The notes under the pieces are model-generated. The model saw only the letters and a program-made list of their open reading frames with translations, was not told the DNA's origin and ran no database searches. A stretch of 64,000 nt of DNA, taken from Escherichia coli (GTDB taxonomy: Bacteria > Pseudomonadota > Gammaproteobacteria > Enterobacterales > Enterobacteriaceae). This document shows positions 20,297-30,800 of this stretch, in pieces; positions within the stretch are counted from its first letter, which is position 1, and each line of letters opens with the position of its first letter. Location of the stretch: the NCBI RefSeq assembly GCF_013122565.1, contig NZ_CP053258.1. One strand, given 5' to 3'. The position numbers were made by a program, and so were the translations under genes.

Positions 20297-22855
20297 TTAT
20301 CCCTTAATGACGAACGCGTAGTAGTTGCCGCCTTCCGTTGCGCCAACAAGCAGGACATGGTTCAGCGCAAGTTTCATCGACTGGCGTACAAAATTCACAC
20401 GCTCATCAAAGAATTCCACCGTATTTGGAATCGCAGGTACTGCCTGCTTCTTAATGCAGTCAGTAATCACGGCGAGGTTAAGCAAACCAGCGGCAGAGGC
20501 GACAAAACCAAAGCAAGCGTTGTAGTTCACTACCGGCACCGCCGGGTTTTGCGCAGCGAAGGTGTTGTAAATGGCGTCAATTTCGATACGAGAATGGTCA
20601 TCGCTGCCGTTGCTGGTACCACAGACCAAATCAATATCGCCAGCAGAGATGCCCGCATGCGTAAGGGCGCGTTCAATGGCCAGCGCCATCGACGCGGATT
20701 TTTCTTCCAACAATGAGGCGTCGAAGTAGGTATTACTACATGACTTACCGTAGCCCACCACTTCCGCGAGAACCTCAGCGCCACGCGCCGCAGCCAACTG
20801 TGGATCTTCCAGCAGCAGCATGCAGGCACCCTCGCCCGGAACATAACCCTGCGGATCTTTACCGTAAATTTGATAGTCGCTCGCCTCAGCCGTCATGTGG
20901 ATCTTTTGCGTCACCGCATCCATATACAGCGACATAGACGGGAAGTACTCATCCGCGCCGCCAACCAATACCTGCGGTTGCAGGTTCTGCCGGACGATTT
21001 CATAACCGTAGGTCAGCGCGCCCAGCGCCGAGTTTTCCCCTGTCGCAAGCGTAGTGGTATACCCTTTGATCCCTTCAGAGATCCCGCAGAACGTTGGGAT
21101 CGCATTCATCAGCGAGCCAGGAAATTCCGACGTACGTACTTTGCGTGGATCGGGTTTCAGACTTTGCAGATATTTGTAGGTGGTTTCCTGCGGACCGCGG
21201 GACATCCCCATGATCATGCCCAGCTCATCGCCATCGCGTTTGATTTTACGCTTCGCCTGTTCCAGCGCTTCGGTGAGTGCGATCAGGGCAAACGTGCCGC
21301 CACGGGTCGCTTTACGCTGATCGAAACGACGCAGGTGTTTACGCGGCTCCAGCCCGGAAACCTGGAACGTTTTAAAGTTGCTTGCCGTTTCCGGAAGCGT
21401 AGCGTCGCTGAAGCTGTACTCTTCATCAAACAGCTCGGCAAACTGGTTTGATTCATCCAGCACGGCCAGCAGCTCTTTGGCTTCTTCCAGTGTATCGTCC
21501 GGGAAGGTTACGCTACCCAGTTCAACGTGGTGGTCCTGCGCCCAGATGTTTTCCAGAACCTGGTTGAGCGTGTGGCCTATTGCGGATACTGCACCGACGC
21601 CCGAGATAGCCACACGCTTCGAATCATAGGTACTGACCGGAATGGACGCGGGCTCCATGCTCAGGATCATGCAGCAATTGTTGCCGCCGAAGGCATAGTT
21701 ATTCTTCATGAAGATGTTCACTTTGCGATCGCGAAATTCATTCGGCACATAGTCCAGATCGCAATTCGGGCGTGCCTGGCTGAAATTCAGCGTCGGCAGT
21801 ACGCGGTTGTCCGGCAGTGTTGCCAGACAGGCAATCAGTTCCACAATCCCCGCTGCGCCAATGTTGTGGCCAAAGTAAGATTTGGTGGAGCTCACCAGCA
21901 GTTTATCGTGGTTAGCGAAGACCTTTTTCATTGCCAGCGTTTCGATACGGTCATTGGCTTCGGTACCCGTACCGTGCGCGTTGACGTAATCGATTTGCTC
22001 CGGGGTTACGCCCGCATTTGCCATTGCCTTGTTCATGACCTGCACCGCTCCGCTGGCACGCGGATCTGGCCCGGTTTCATGGAAAGCATCGCAGGAAGTG
22101 GCGTAAGAGAGGATCTCACCATAAATGGTCGCCCCGCGTGCTACGGCGTGCTCATACTCTTCCAGCACGATAGCGCCAGCGCCTTCACCAATCGACATAC
22201 CGGACTGACCCGAGAACGGCGTACAAGTGTCTGGATGCATGACATTCAGTGCGTAGAATCCGGCAAAGGTCGGCAGATAGATGGGCTCGGTACCTACTGC
22301 CAGCATGGTTTTGCTTTTACCATTCTGGATGTAGTCAAAGGCCATCCCCACGGCGTTCGGGCTGGCGGTACACGCGGTCGCCACCAGTTCAACCCCGCCC
22401 TGTAAGCCCAGCAGCGTTGAAACGCTGGAACAACATGATGAGAACGCGCCGGAAAAAAGTGCTTTGCGCAGCGAGAAATCTTCCATGCGCTGTTCGAACA
22501 GCGGTAAAAAGGCCTCTGTACCCGCGGAGGAAACACCGACGATCATGCCTGTTTCTTTGAGAGTGTCACGGCTATCCATCAGGCCGGCCTGACTCAGCGC
22601 ATCTTTACCCACTTTGTAGGCCCAGAGCGCTGCGTTATCCAGTGAATCGATAACATCTTCGTTCAGATCGGAGTATTCAATGTCATGCAACACTTCTGCC
22701 GCACGCGCATTTTCAAACCATTTTGCAAAGCGTTCGCTATCCTTAACGCCATTTTTTTTATTTAATAATGCTTCCCGGAAATCCTGAATATTTTCCGCCA
22801 GTGAGGACAAAATCCCCAGCCCGGTAATAACAACTCTTTTCCTGTTCGTTTTCAT
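20297..22855 (-). CDS. Fused ketosynthase / chain-length-factor-like protein (KS-CLF), 852 aa
   Basis: N-terminal half has TACTAS Cys, HGTGT and GHNIGAAG motifs; C-terminal half is KS-like but lacks the active-site Cys. Confidence 0.8.
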   Translation of the reverse strand: MKTNRKRVVITGLGILSSLAENIQDFREALLNKKNGVKDSERFAKWFENARAAEVLHDIEYSDLNEDVIDSLDNAALWAYKVGKDALSQAGLMDSRDTLKETGMIVGVSSAGTEAFLPLFEQRMEDFSLRKALFSGAFSSCCSSVSTLLGLQGGVELVATACTASPNAVGMAFDYIQNGKSKTMLAVGTEPIYLPTFAGFYALNVMHPDTCTPFSGQSGMSIGEGAGAIVLEEYEHAVARGATIYGEILSYATSCDAFHETGPDPRASGAVQVMNKAMANAGVTPEQIDYVNAHGTGTEANDRIETLAMKKVFANHDKLLVSSTKSYFGHNIGAAGIVELIACLATLPDNRVLPTLNFSQARPNCDLDYVPNEFRDRKVNIFMKNNYAFGGNNCCMILSMEPASIPVSTYDSKRVAISGVGAVSAIGHTLNQVLENIWAQDHHVELGSVTFPDDTLEEAKELLAVLDESNQFAELFDEEYSFSDATLPETASNFKTFQVSGLEPRKHLRRFDQRKATRGGTFALIALTEALEQAKRKIKRDGDELGMIMGMSRGPQETTYKYLQSLKPDPRKVRTSEFPGSLMNAIPTFCGISEGIKGYTTTLATGENSALGALTYGYEIVRQNLQPQVLVGGADEYFPSMSLYMDAVTQKIHMTAEASDYQIYGKDPQGYVPGEGACMLLLEDPQLAAARGAEVLAEVVGYGKSCSNTYFDASLLEEKSASMALAIERALTHAGISAGDIDLVCGTSNGSDDHSRIEIDAIYNTFAAQNPAVPVVNYNACFGFVASAAGLLNLAVITDCIKKQAVPAIPNTVEFFDERVNFVRQSMKLALNHVLLVGATEGGNYYAFVIKG

Positions 22856-22928
22856 GAATAATACCTGTCAATCCCGCCTATTGGGGTTAATTTAAGCCGC
22901 GTAAGCTATAGTCACGCGGCGATATTCA

Positions 22929-24089
22929 TTACGCAGCGCTTTTATTTTTTGACGCGTCGATATAACTGTGCTCAGTTGGGCTAACCAACATGCTCAGGTT
23001 ATAAATAAACGGCATACATTTTGATTGCGCCGGAATAATTCCGTGAGCAGTTTGAATTTCGTAGCCGCTGATGTCAGACCAGGCGTAATCATTATCCAGC
23101 AGAGTCAGGGCAATGAAACGCTGCAACGCTGGGGAAAAGAGTGCCTTCACGATATAGCCCACGTCTTGACCTTCCACCAGCACACGATCGCCAGCCTCAA
23201 TGCCTTCGCATTCTTCCTGAGCGATCATGCCGATGAGTTTATTACCGGTATACTCCTGGGAGAGCTCTGTCACCGCGTCCTTGCCAATAAAATCATCTTT
23301 GTCGTACTGCACCGCCCACTGCATCTGCAACTGAACCGGATTCACTGCCTGACCTTCCCAGAGGCTGGCATCCCAGCACGGATTTTCGAGGCGTACGATT
23401 TTTTGATAATCCAGGCCGCCGGTCTGCATCAGGTATTTCTCGCCGACGGTTAACAGTTTTTCCCACTGCTCCGCCAGTTTCGCCTGCTCACCGATGGTCA
23501 TGTACGCATACTCACCGTGTTTACCACAGCGGAAGATCAGCAGATCCTCCTCGGTATTCATGTATTCGTAGTAAGGCAGGCCAATAACGTCAAAGCCATG
23601 AATTTCAGACATGATCTCCCAGGAGTATGGGCCTTCGAGCAGGATTGCCCCCCAGTTGTTTTCCCGCATATCCTGAATTTCAGGCATCGATTGAATATCC
23701 AGTTCTTCCGCTTTTTCGAGAATGGTATTCATGCTGGCGATCAATTCGGCAGCCGAAATATCTTCTGAAAGCAGGTAATAACCGTCAATGCTGCACAGCA
23801 CATAGACGTCTCCGCGAATGGTGCCCTCTTCATTCAACACCAGTGAGTAGATTGCCTGCTCATCACGAATGATGGAGACATCTGCGGAAACCAGCTGGTT
23901 GATCAGCGCCCAGGCATCATCGCCCATGACGCTAACAATAGAGAGGTGAGAATAGTCCACCAGCAGCGCGTTTTCACGAACGGCTTTATATTCGGTCATA
24001 GCATCGTGATAAGAAGAAGGTAGGGTACGGTTGTTATATACCCCCATTACCGCATTATTTTTCAAGTGAAATTCAGCAAGAGATTTCAT
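22929..24089 (-). CDS. GcvT-like aminomethyltransferase-family (folate-binding) protein, 386 aa
   Basis: Overall resemblance to glycine-cleavage T family N-terminus; assignment tentative. Confidence 0.5.
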   Translation of the reverse strand: MKSLAEFHLKNNAVMGVYNNRTLPSSYHDAMTEYKAVRENALLVDYSHLSIVSVMGDDAWALINQLVSADVSIIRDEQAIYSLVLNEEGTIRGDVYVLCSIDGYYLLSEDISAAELIASMNTILEKAEELDIQSMPEIQDMRENNWGAILLEGPYSWEIMSEIHGFDVIGLPYYEYMNTEEDLLIFRCGKHGEYAYMTIGEQAKLAEQWEKLLTVGEKYLMQTGGLDYQKIVRLENPCWDASLWEGQAVNPVQLQMQWAVQYDKDDFIGKDAVTELSQEYTGNKLIGMIAQEECEGIEAGDRVLVEGQDVGYIVKALFSPALQRFIALTLLDNDYAWSDISGYEIQTAHGIIPAQSKCMPFIYNLSMLVSPTEHSYIDASKNKSAA

Positions 24090-24124
24090 AAACGTGTCCT
24101 GATAATTAATTCTTTAATAAGTAG

Positions 24125-24406
24125 TTAATCGTTGTTCTTTTGAATAACGAAGGTGGCCAGACTATTGATACTGCGCATATAGGACGGGTCGTCACTTTCG
24201 CTGATCTTGATATCAAATACTTTATCCAGCAGAACGACAATTTCCGTTGCATCGACGGAGTCCAGTTTAAAACCATTACCAAACAGCGCAGTATCATCAT
24301 CAATTTGCGCTTCATCGCGTTGAATATTCAGTCGCTGGATGATCTCAGTTTTAATGGTCATCAGAACTTCTTTACGCTGTTCAATAGCGTCATTCATGGT
24401 AGACAT
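24125..24406 (-). CDS. Acyl carrier protein
   Basis: FKLDSVDATEIVVLLD phosphopantetheine-attachment motif; small acidic protein. Confidence 0.75.
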   Translation of the reverse strand: MSTMNDAIEQRKEVLMTIKTEIIQRLNIQRDEAQIDDDTALFGNGFKLDSVDATEIVVLLDKVFDIKISESDDPSYMRSINSLATFVIQKNND

Positions 24407-24427
24407 AATATTTACTCTCTTATTGGA

Positions 24428-24976
24428 TTACTTGGTTTCACGGAAATTGATAATGGTGCCCTGACTAATCAGCTTTTTACCGACGTACGCGGTCACGGAA
24501 TAGTGTTTAAAGCCACTGGCATCCGAAAAAGCCAATTTGCTGACAACATCAATAGAATCACCCGGATAGGCGATATCTTTAAATTTCAGGTTCTGAGCAG
24601 CCAGCACGCCGCGTACCTGGCTGCGCCGGGTACGGATAATCTCCAGCATTTCAGGGCGGTGAATGCGTGCGTGAATATCACGTAACGACTTCAGCTCTTC
24701 CTCAAAACGTTCGCGCCAGATATCGCAAATGTCGGTCAGGAAAGAGAGATACTCGCTGGCCTGGCCGAAGATTTCCGAAATAATCACCCCGGGCATAATC
24801 GGATCTTCCGGGAAATGCCCCAGTAGATACGGTTCGTTATAGGTGACGTGCTTCACGACACTGACAAAGCCATTTTCACCGTATTTATAATCTGCAATTT
24901 TATCGACCATCAGCAGCGGCTGACGCCAGCCGCCCATTTCGAGGAAGATTTTCGAAGGAATCGTGTATTTGGACAT
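24428..24976 (-). CDS. FabA/FabZ-like hot-dog beta-hydroxyacyl-ACP dehydratase
   Basis: HFPEDPIMPGVIISEIFGQA matches the FabZ catalytic His region. Confidence 0.65.
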   Translation of the reverse strand: MSKYTIPSKIFLEMGGWRQPLLMVDKIADYKYGENGFVSVVKHVTYNEPYLLGHFPEDPIMPGVIISEIFGQASEYLSFLTDICDIWRERFEEELKSLRDIHARIHRPEMLEIIRTRRSQVRGVLAAQNLKFKDIAYPGDSIDVVSKLAFSDASGFKHYSVTAYVGKKLISQGTIINFRETK

Positions 24977-24979
24977 AAA

Positions 24980-25744
24980 TCACCGCATGACCAGGCCGCC
25001 ATCGATAACGATGGTCTGGCCGACAATGTAGCTGGAGGCAGAGGAACTTAAGAAGACGATGGTGTTCGCCACTTCTTCACATTTACCCAGACGGCGTAAC
25101 GGGATGGTACTGGTTACCGCACGGACCACTGCGCGGGATACTTTTTTCACCATTTTCGATTCAATCATTCCCGGTGCGACCGCGTTGACGCGCACGCCCC
25201 AGGGTGCCATTTCTGCTGCCAGCGTGCGGGTGAAGCCTAGGATCGCCCCTTTTGACGCGCTGTAATTCGCCTGACCGACGCTTGGGATCAGCGCTGCAAT
25301 AGAGGCAACGTTAATAATGGCGGGATTTTCTGCCGCACGAAGCAACATCAGCGCGTCTTTCGTCAGACGGAAAATGCTGAACATGTTGGTTTCGATAACT
25401 TGGGTGAAATCCTCATAGCTCATCGAGGCAAACAGGCTGTCTTTAACGATGCCCGCGTTATTCACCAGCACATCAATCTTGCCAGCTTCGCGCTCTATCT
25501 GTTCGCACAATGCGCTCACACTCTGGGGGCAGGCGAGATCGCACTGCACAATATGCAGTTTATCGCCTGCAGGATGGCTTGCTTTCAGCGCCGTTAATTG
25601 CACGTCGTTGGATTTATAGAGCGCATAAACATCGCAGTTCTGCTCCAGATATTTTTCACAAATACCCAGTCCAATATCACCACTGGCTCCTGTCACCAGT
25701 ACGGTTTTTTCATTTAAATCATTATATTTGTACATATTCATCAT
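24980..25744 (-). CDS. 3-oxoacyl-ACP reductase-like SDR (FabG family)
   Basis: TVLVTGASGDIG Rossmann motif, NNAG, YSASK catalytic Tyr-Lys; start set at internal Met to avoid overlap with PPTase. Confidence 0.85.
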   Translation of the reverse strand: MMNMYKYNDLNEKTVLVTGASGDIGLGICEKYLEQNCDVYALYKSNDVQLTALKASHPAGDKLHIVQCDLACPQSVSALCEQIEREAGKIDVLVNNAGIVKDSLFASMSYEDFTQVIETNMFSIFRLTKDALMLLRAAENPAIINVASIAALIPSVGQANYSASKGAILGFTRTLAAEMAPWGVRVNAVAPGMIESKMVKKVSRAVVRAVTSTIPLRRLGKCEEVANTIVFLSSSASSYIVGQTIVIDGGLVMR

Positions 25745-25754
25745 ATATGTTGAG

Positions 25755-26123
25755 TTAATAAACGATGACAGTCGCAATGGCGTGGGTACGGCAATGCGAA
25801 ATACTCAGGGAGTTATTTTGCAACCCCTGCCCGAGAAAAATTTCTTGTAGTCTTCCGGAAATAACGAAATAAGGTGCTTTGGCCGCATCATGCTTTATTT
25901 CAATATCCTGGAAACGTACGCCATCACGAAAACCACAACCAATCGCTTTAACTAACGCTTCTTTCGCCGCCCAGAATCCAGAGGCCCGTTCATAATCAGG
26001 TTCTGCAGGATTAATGAGTAAGCGCTCATGAGCAGTATAAACACGCTCATAAAAAGCCATCTCTCCATTAATAATGGCTTTGGTTATTCTGGCAATTTCA
26101 ACAATATCTGTTCCTATTCTCAT
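25755..26123 (-). CDS. AcpS-type 4'-phosphopantetheinyl transferase (holo-ACP synthase)
   Basis: [14 protein letters not shown]-terminus and [11 protein letters not shown], both AcpS-like; 15 nt after tpsB stop with AAGGA SD. Confidence 0.8.
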   Translation of the reverse strand: MRIGTDIVEIARITKAIINGEMAFYERVYTAHERLLINPAEPDYERASGFWAAKEALVKAIGCGFRDGVRFQDIEIKHDAAKAPYFVISGRLQEIFLGQGLQNNSLSISHCRTHAIATVIVY

Positions 26124-26138
26124 TAGTCTCGTTATCCT

Positions 26139-27758
26139 TTACATTTGGTACGAAAAATTAAAATTTATATTCACCCGATCAATATCTAATGTCGCCGGGT
26201 ACTTTAATGGGGTAGAAACGGAAAAGTTATACTCAAGACTTTTTATGTTTCCATCAATACCAACTGCCGCGCCCACCAGTGATTCATCGCCATAAGAAGC
26301 GTCCTGATACACTTGCCCAAAATCAAGACCGGCATAATAATTAGCTTTCATTCCAGGCAAAGGAAATGCCAGCGTATTTTTTATATAAAAACCATCATTC
26401 CCTGACAAACCTACGCTATTTTCAAACCCGCGAATACTCCAACGATCGCCAACTGTAATTTGATCTTGCAAAGTCAGTTCACACGGTGCGTACTGGGCAA
26501 AAAAAGCGGTATTGTAATATCCATTATCTATTTGTCGGGTATAGTTACCCTCAAAATTAAAGATATTGCTTACCGGGCTAACGTCGCCATATTGCATATT
26601 CGGCGTTTTTTCACCACCGAACCAAGTTAAAAAGCGTTGCCACGAGAGGGTTGAATCCCAGAACGCGCCGGGTAACTGTTGCTTATAATTTAGCCCCAGC
26701 TTGATATTTCCCATATCCCGCGCCTGTAATGTCAGCTCCTCACCATTAAGCGTGTAATTCGACTTTCGTCGAATGAGTTCTGCACTCCCGGCGAATTTTT
26801 TTGTTTTATCGCGATAAACGGTACGCGTCGCCTTTGCGCTCAAGTATTCGCTGGTGCCAACATAATCCAGCGAGATGTACGAAAGCGGAATCACCTGCTG
26901 CGATTTACTTTTGCTATAGAAAAAGCCGTACTCCCAGTACCCCACCGGAATGGAATAATAGCTACTGACGTTTTCGTACTGTCCAGTAGTACTACGCGTA
27001 CCGGCGAGATAAAACAGATCCCCCATTTTCGCTGGATTAAACAGATAACCCACCGCGGTTGTCTGGTAACGGCCCGTTTCTTCATCGCCCCAATTGTTGT
27101 AACTTGCCCGAACGCTCCAGTTTTTGCCCCGGTGTGTATCAATATGAACGATGCTGTAACCATCCCGTGTTCCCGGTTCAATATTAATTTTCACATCAAC
27201 GTCAGGTACTCGCTGAAGATTTTCCAGCCCCTGTTCAATATCGCGAATATTGAGAATATCGTTACGCTGAAAAGGTAACATCCATTCACTGATATCATTA
27301 CCTTCCACAATCGTTTTTTCTATCTTCCCGGCATTAACCTGGAAACGTAGCTTGCCTTTAGAAATATCCTGCGAAGGGATACTAATTCGCGTTGTGATAT
27401 ATCCGGCATTAATATAATAATCCTGCAAGGCAGCAGCAATTTTTTGCACACCAGCACTACCGACACAACGTCCGGCAATCGCTTTTTGCACTTCAGAAAT
27501 AAACTGACCATCCAGAAAGTTATCTTCCAGTTCAATCCGATTAATGATAAAGCAATTCTTTTCCTGCGGTAGATCACTCAGAGTAAACGCATTACGTTGT
27601 GCATTTGAGTAAACATCTTTTTTTTCTAATTTATGCGCGCGTAACGTGCTTTCATCTGCATTTTTTTGCTGCTTGATCAAATTATCAATACTGTCTTTCG
27701 CTGCAACCTGAAAACAACAAAGAATGAGCAGCAAACCAAAATTAAATCGTAATTGCAT
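26139..27758 (-). CDS. TpsB outer-membrane transporter (ShlB/FhaC/HecB family)
   Basis: Signal peptide, POTRA-region length, loop-6 SIRGFE (VRGY/F) motif. Confidence 0.8.
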   Translation of the reverse strand: MQLRFNFGLLLILCCFQVAAKDSIDNLIKQQKNADESTLRAHKLEKKDVYSNAQRNAFTLSDLPQEKNCFIINRIELEDNFLDGQFISEVQKAIAGRCVGSAGVQKIAAALQDYYINAGYITTRISIPSQDISKGKLRFQVNAGKIEKTIVEGNDISEWMLPFQRNDILNIRDIEQGLENLQRVPDVDVKINIEPGTRDGYSIVHIDTHRGKNWSVRASYNNWGDEETGRYQTTAVGYLFNPAKMGDLFYLAGTRSTTGQYENVSSYYSIPVGYWEYGFFYSKSKSQQVIPLSYISLDYVGTSEYLSAKATRTVYRDKTKKFAGSAELIRRKSNYTLNGEELTLQARDMGNIKLGLNYKQQLPGAFWDSTLSWQRFLTWFGGEKTPNMQYGDVSPVSNIFNFEGNYTRQIDNGYYNTAFFAQYAPCELTLQDQITVGDRWSIRGFENSVGLSGNDGFYIKNTLAFPLPGMKANYYAGLDFGQVYQDASYGDESLVGAAVGIDGNIKSLEYNFSVSTPLKYPATLDIDRVNINFNFSYQM

Positions 27759-27846
27759 TATCTTCTCAAACTAAATAAAGACAGCAGCAACCCCTGCGTG
27801 ACATGACGCATTAATATTAAATGCCACTGCTGTCTTTGGTTACATC

Positions 27847-30800
27847 TTACATGCCGACAATAGTACCGGTGTTGTCAGTTTCGTTTGCTTCTAACGCTAA
27901 ACCGTAGAAGCCACCGAGAACAGCGTCTTTACCGCTATTCGTAACCTTATTTGCCGATACGCCAGCGACACCATAACTCAGCATATTGAGGTAGTTATAA
28001 ATATTACCGGTGGTTTTAACACCCAGAGAATAATCACCCACAATATTTCCACGGTTATTAATGTCATTCACGGCATTGATCGCGATGGTTTGTCCCAACA
28101 TATTACTGTTGCTGTTGTTGGTAACATACTTCTGCGTATCAATAGTCAGCGCAGTTCCCGCCACAATGTCTTTAAAGTTCTCAACACCGTTCAGGGCATT
28201 AATGGTCAGCGCGTTGTCCGCTGCGATGGCATTACGGTTATACAGCGTGCCTTTCAGAACATTGAAATGCACATCCCCTTTACCGCTGATCCAACCATAG
28301 TTAGTGACGCTGTTATCAACGTTCAGATCTAGGTTTTTGTCAGACGCAATCACGCCCGTGGCGGTATTGTCTTCCAGACGACCATCACTGGCGTTACTCA
28401 ACGACGCCGCATAAACATCGAGATTACCGGCGCTGTAAGTGGTGGCATAGTTGTTGTAGAACATACCAGCCGCACGGATGATGGCATCAGCCCCACTGCT
28501 AAGAAGCGCGCGGGTATTATCCAGCGTTCCCCTGGACAGCAGATTAAGCGGACCATTTTCAGCGATGATGCTGCTGTTATTGTTGTAGACGTTCTGAGCA
28601 GAAAGCGTGACACCTTCTTTACCCACAATGCCACCAACGTTGTCAGTAATACCGAAAACTTCACCGTTATAACGCAGGAAGTTATTCCCGTCGCGGTTTT
28701 CGAGGTTGCCGCCAGCGTTAATAACCAGCTTTTTATTCGCCGCGATCAGCGCAGTGTTGTTGTAAATCGTCGATTTAGCATCGACAGAAACATTCTCACC
28801 GGCAATCAAACCATAGGCGTTGTCTACAATGTTCGCCGTCAGAGTCACGTCGCCCGTTTCAGAGGTCAGCGAGCCCTTAAAACTGTCGTAGTTGCCCGTC
28901 AGTGCCAGCGTGACGTCGTCATAACCACGAATTTCACCGTAGTCGTTGTTCAGATTGCTGCCTTTTACAGACAACACGCCGTTCAACGCATGCAGCTTAC
29001 CGCGGTTGTTACCCACGTTGCCCTTCGAATCGATAATCAGATCGCCTGTCGCTTCGATGGTCGCGTTATTGTTGGCCACGCTATTTGCCGTTAATGCGAC
29101 ATCCCCATAACCCACCATATAGAGATAGTTATACAGGTTGCCTTTGGTTGTCACGTTCAGGTCAACATCACTGACAATGTTGCCACGGTTGTTGATATCG
29201 TTAACCGCGTTAATAACGATATTCTGCCCCACCATATTGCTGTTGGAGTTGTTGGTCACATGGCGATTGGTGTTCATCGTCAGGTCGCCGCCAGCAGAAA
29301 TATCCTTCCAGTTTTCAATACCGTTCAGTGCTGCAATGTCCAACCCCTTTTCAGCCGCAATAGTATTGCGGTTGTACAGGTTGCCATTTTTCACCGTGAC
29401 ATCAACATCACCTTTACCGCTGATCCAGCCGTAGTTGGTAAGGCTATTCACCACTTCCAGTGACAGATTTTTGTCAGATGCAATGAACCCGGTCGCATTG
29501 TTATCGATCATCGTACCGCTGCTGCTGTTTTGCAGCGTGGTCGCGTCGATATCCAGGTTGCCCGCACTCCAGGTGGTAGCGTAGTTGTTGTAATACGTTC
29601 CGCCAACCTGAATAGATGCATCCGCCCCGCTGATGACCAGAGCTCGCGTGTTGTCGAACGTGTTCTGCGCCTGCAGAGTCAGAGGACCATCCTCAGCGAT
29701 AATACGGCTGTTGTTGTTATAGATGTTCTGCCCGGAAAGCTCGATGCCTTCCTTGCCGACCATTCCACCCGTTTGCTGAGGCATGCCGAAGTACTGACCA
29801 TAAGCATTACCGAAGTTATTGCCATCGCGGTTTTCGATACTGCCGCGCGCATTTATCTTCAGTTTTTTGCTGGCCACGATCAGCGCTGTGTTGTTATTGA
29901 CGCCAGACATCGACTCCATCGTGATGTTCTGCCCCATCATGAAGCCGCCGTGGTTATCCACGGAGTTGGCTAACAGGGAGATATCACCCTCTTCAGAGCT
30001 GATCACGCCAATATTATTGGTCAGGCTGCCGCCAACGGCGACTTCAATACCCTGCTTACCGCTGATCCCCCCGGTATCGTTACGCAGAGAGCTTCCCTTG
30101 ATAATCACTTTGCTGTTGGACAGAATTTTGCCCGCATAGTCGTCGATCGTGCTGTAACTTGACAGGGAGACGTTGCCATTAGACGCAATCTGTCCGCCAT
30201 TGTTATTGATGTTGTTCGCACCAATTTCTACGCCGGTATCTGCAATAATGCCCAGAGAGTCAGAACTGCCGGTATCGGCGGTTTTGGTTGAACCATTATT
30301 TACGCTACCTGCCGCACCAATAACGATATGCCCGGTGGACGAACGGATCAGACCTTTGTTGTTATCCACATTACCGTTACTGATAATGGCGATATCGCCA
30401 GTGGTCTGGATATCACCGCTGTTGTTATTCAACGCGCCTGATTCAAGCCCCACATAACCGCCGCGAATCTGACCATTGCTGTTGTTGAGCGTTCCGGTTT
30501 TCAGCGCCACGAGCCCCGCTTCAATCCCGACAGAACTCCCTTTACCAGAGTTAATCAGCGTGGCGTTATTGGTATCAACCGCCAGCATACCTGCTGCGGC
30601 GAGCTTGCCGTTGGTGTTATCAATCGTGCCACTGTTAACGTAGATATCGCCCATCGTAGAGATGTTACCCGCACGGGTATTCACGATAGTATTCTTGTTG
30701 GTATTAAGCGAGATAGTGCCTACAGATGTCACCGTACCGGTGGTGTTATCCAGAGTACCATTTGTTGTCAGGTTGATCGTGCTTGCAGACTGAATCTGGG

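Noticed and set aside
20297-20358. Longest-ORF start for the KS gene at 20358 (62-bp overlap with KS-CLF gene)
   Set aside because: A GTG at 20292, 5 nt after the upstream stop and preceded by GGGA, gives a more plausible coupled start; still uncertain
12313-26123. Calling the lipid cluster a known aryl-polyene (APE) locus
   Set aside because: Gene content does not fit my recollection of APE clusters (no ammonia-lyase, adenylation enzyme, thioesterase or MMPL exporter; presence of GcvT-like gene, ABC/FtsX exporter and own PPTase); left as an unassigned FAS/PKS-like pathway pending profile searches
28061-30457. Several antisense ORFs (60-150 aa) inside tpsA
   Set aside because: They lie opposite a long, motif-supported CDS in a repetitive Asn/Gly-rich region; useful only as evidence of the tandem duplication
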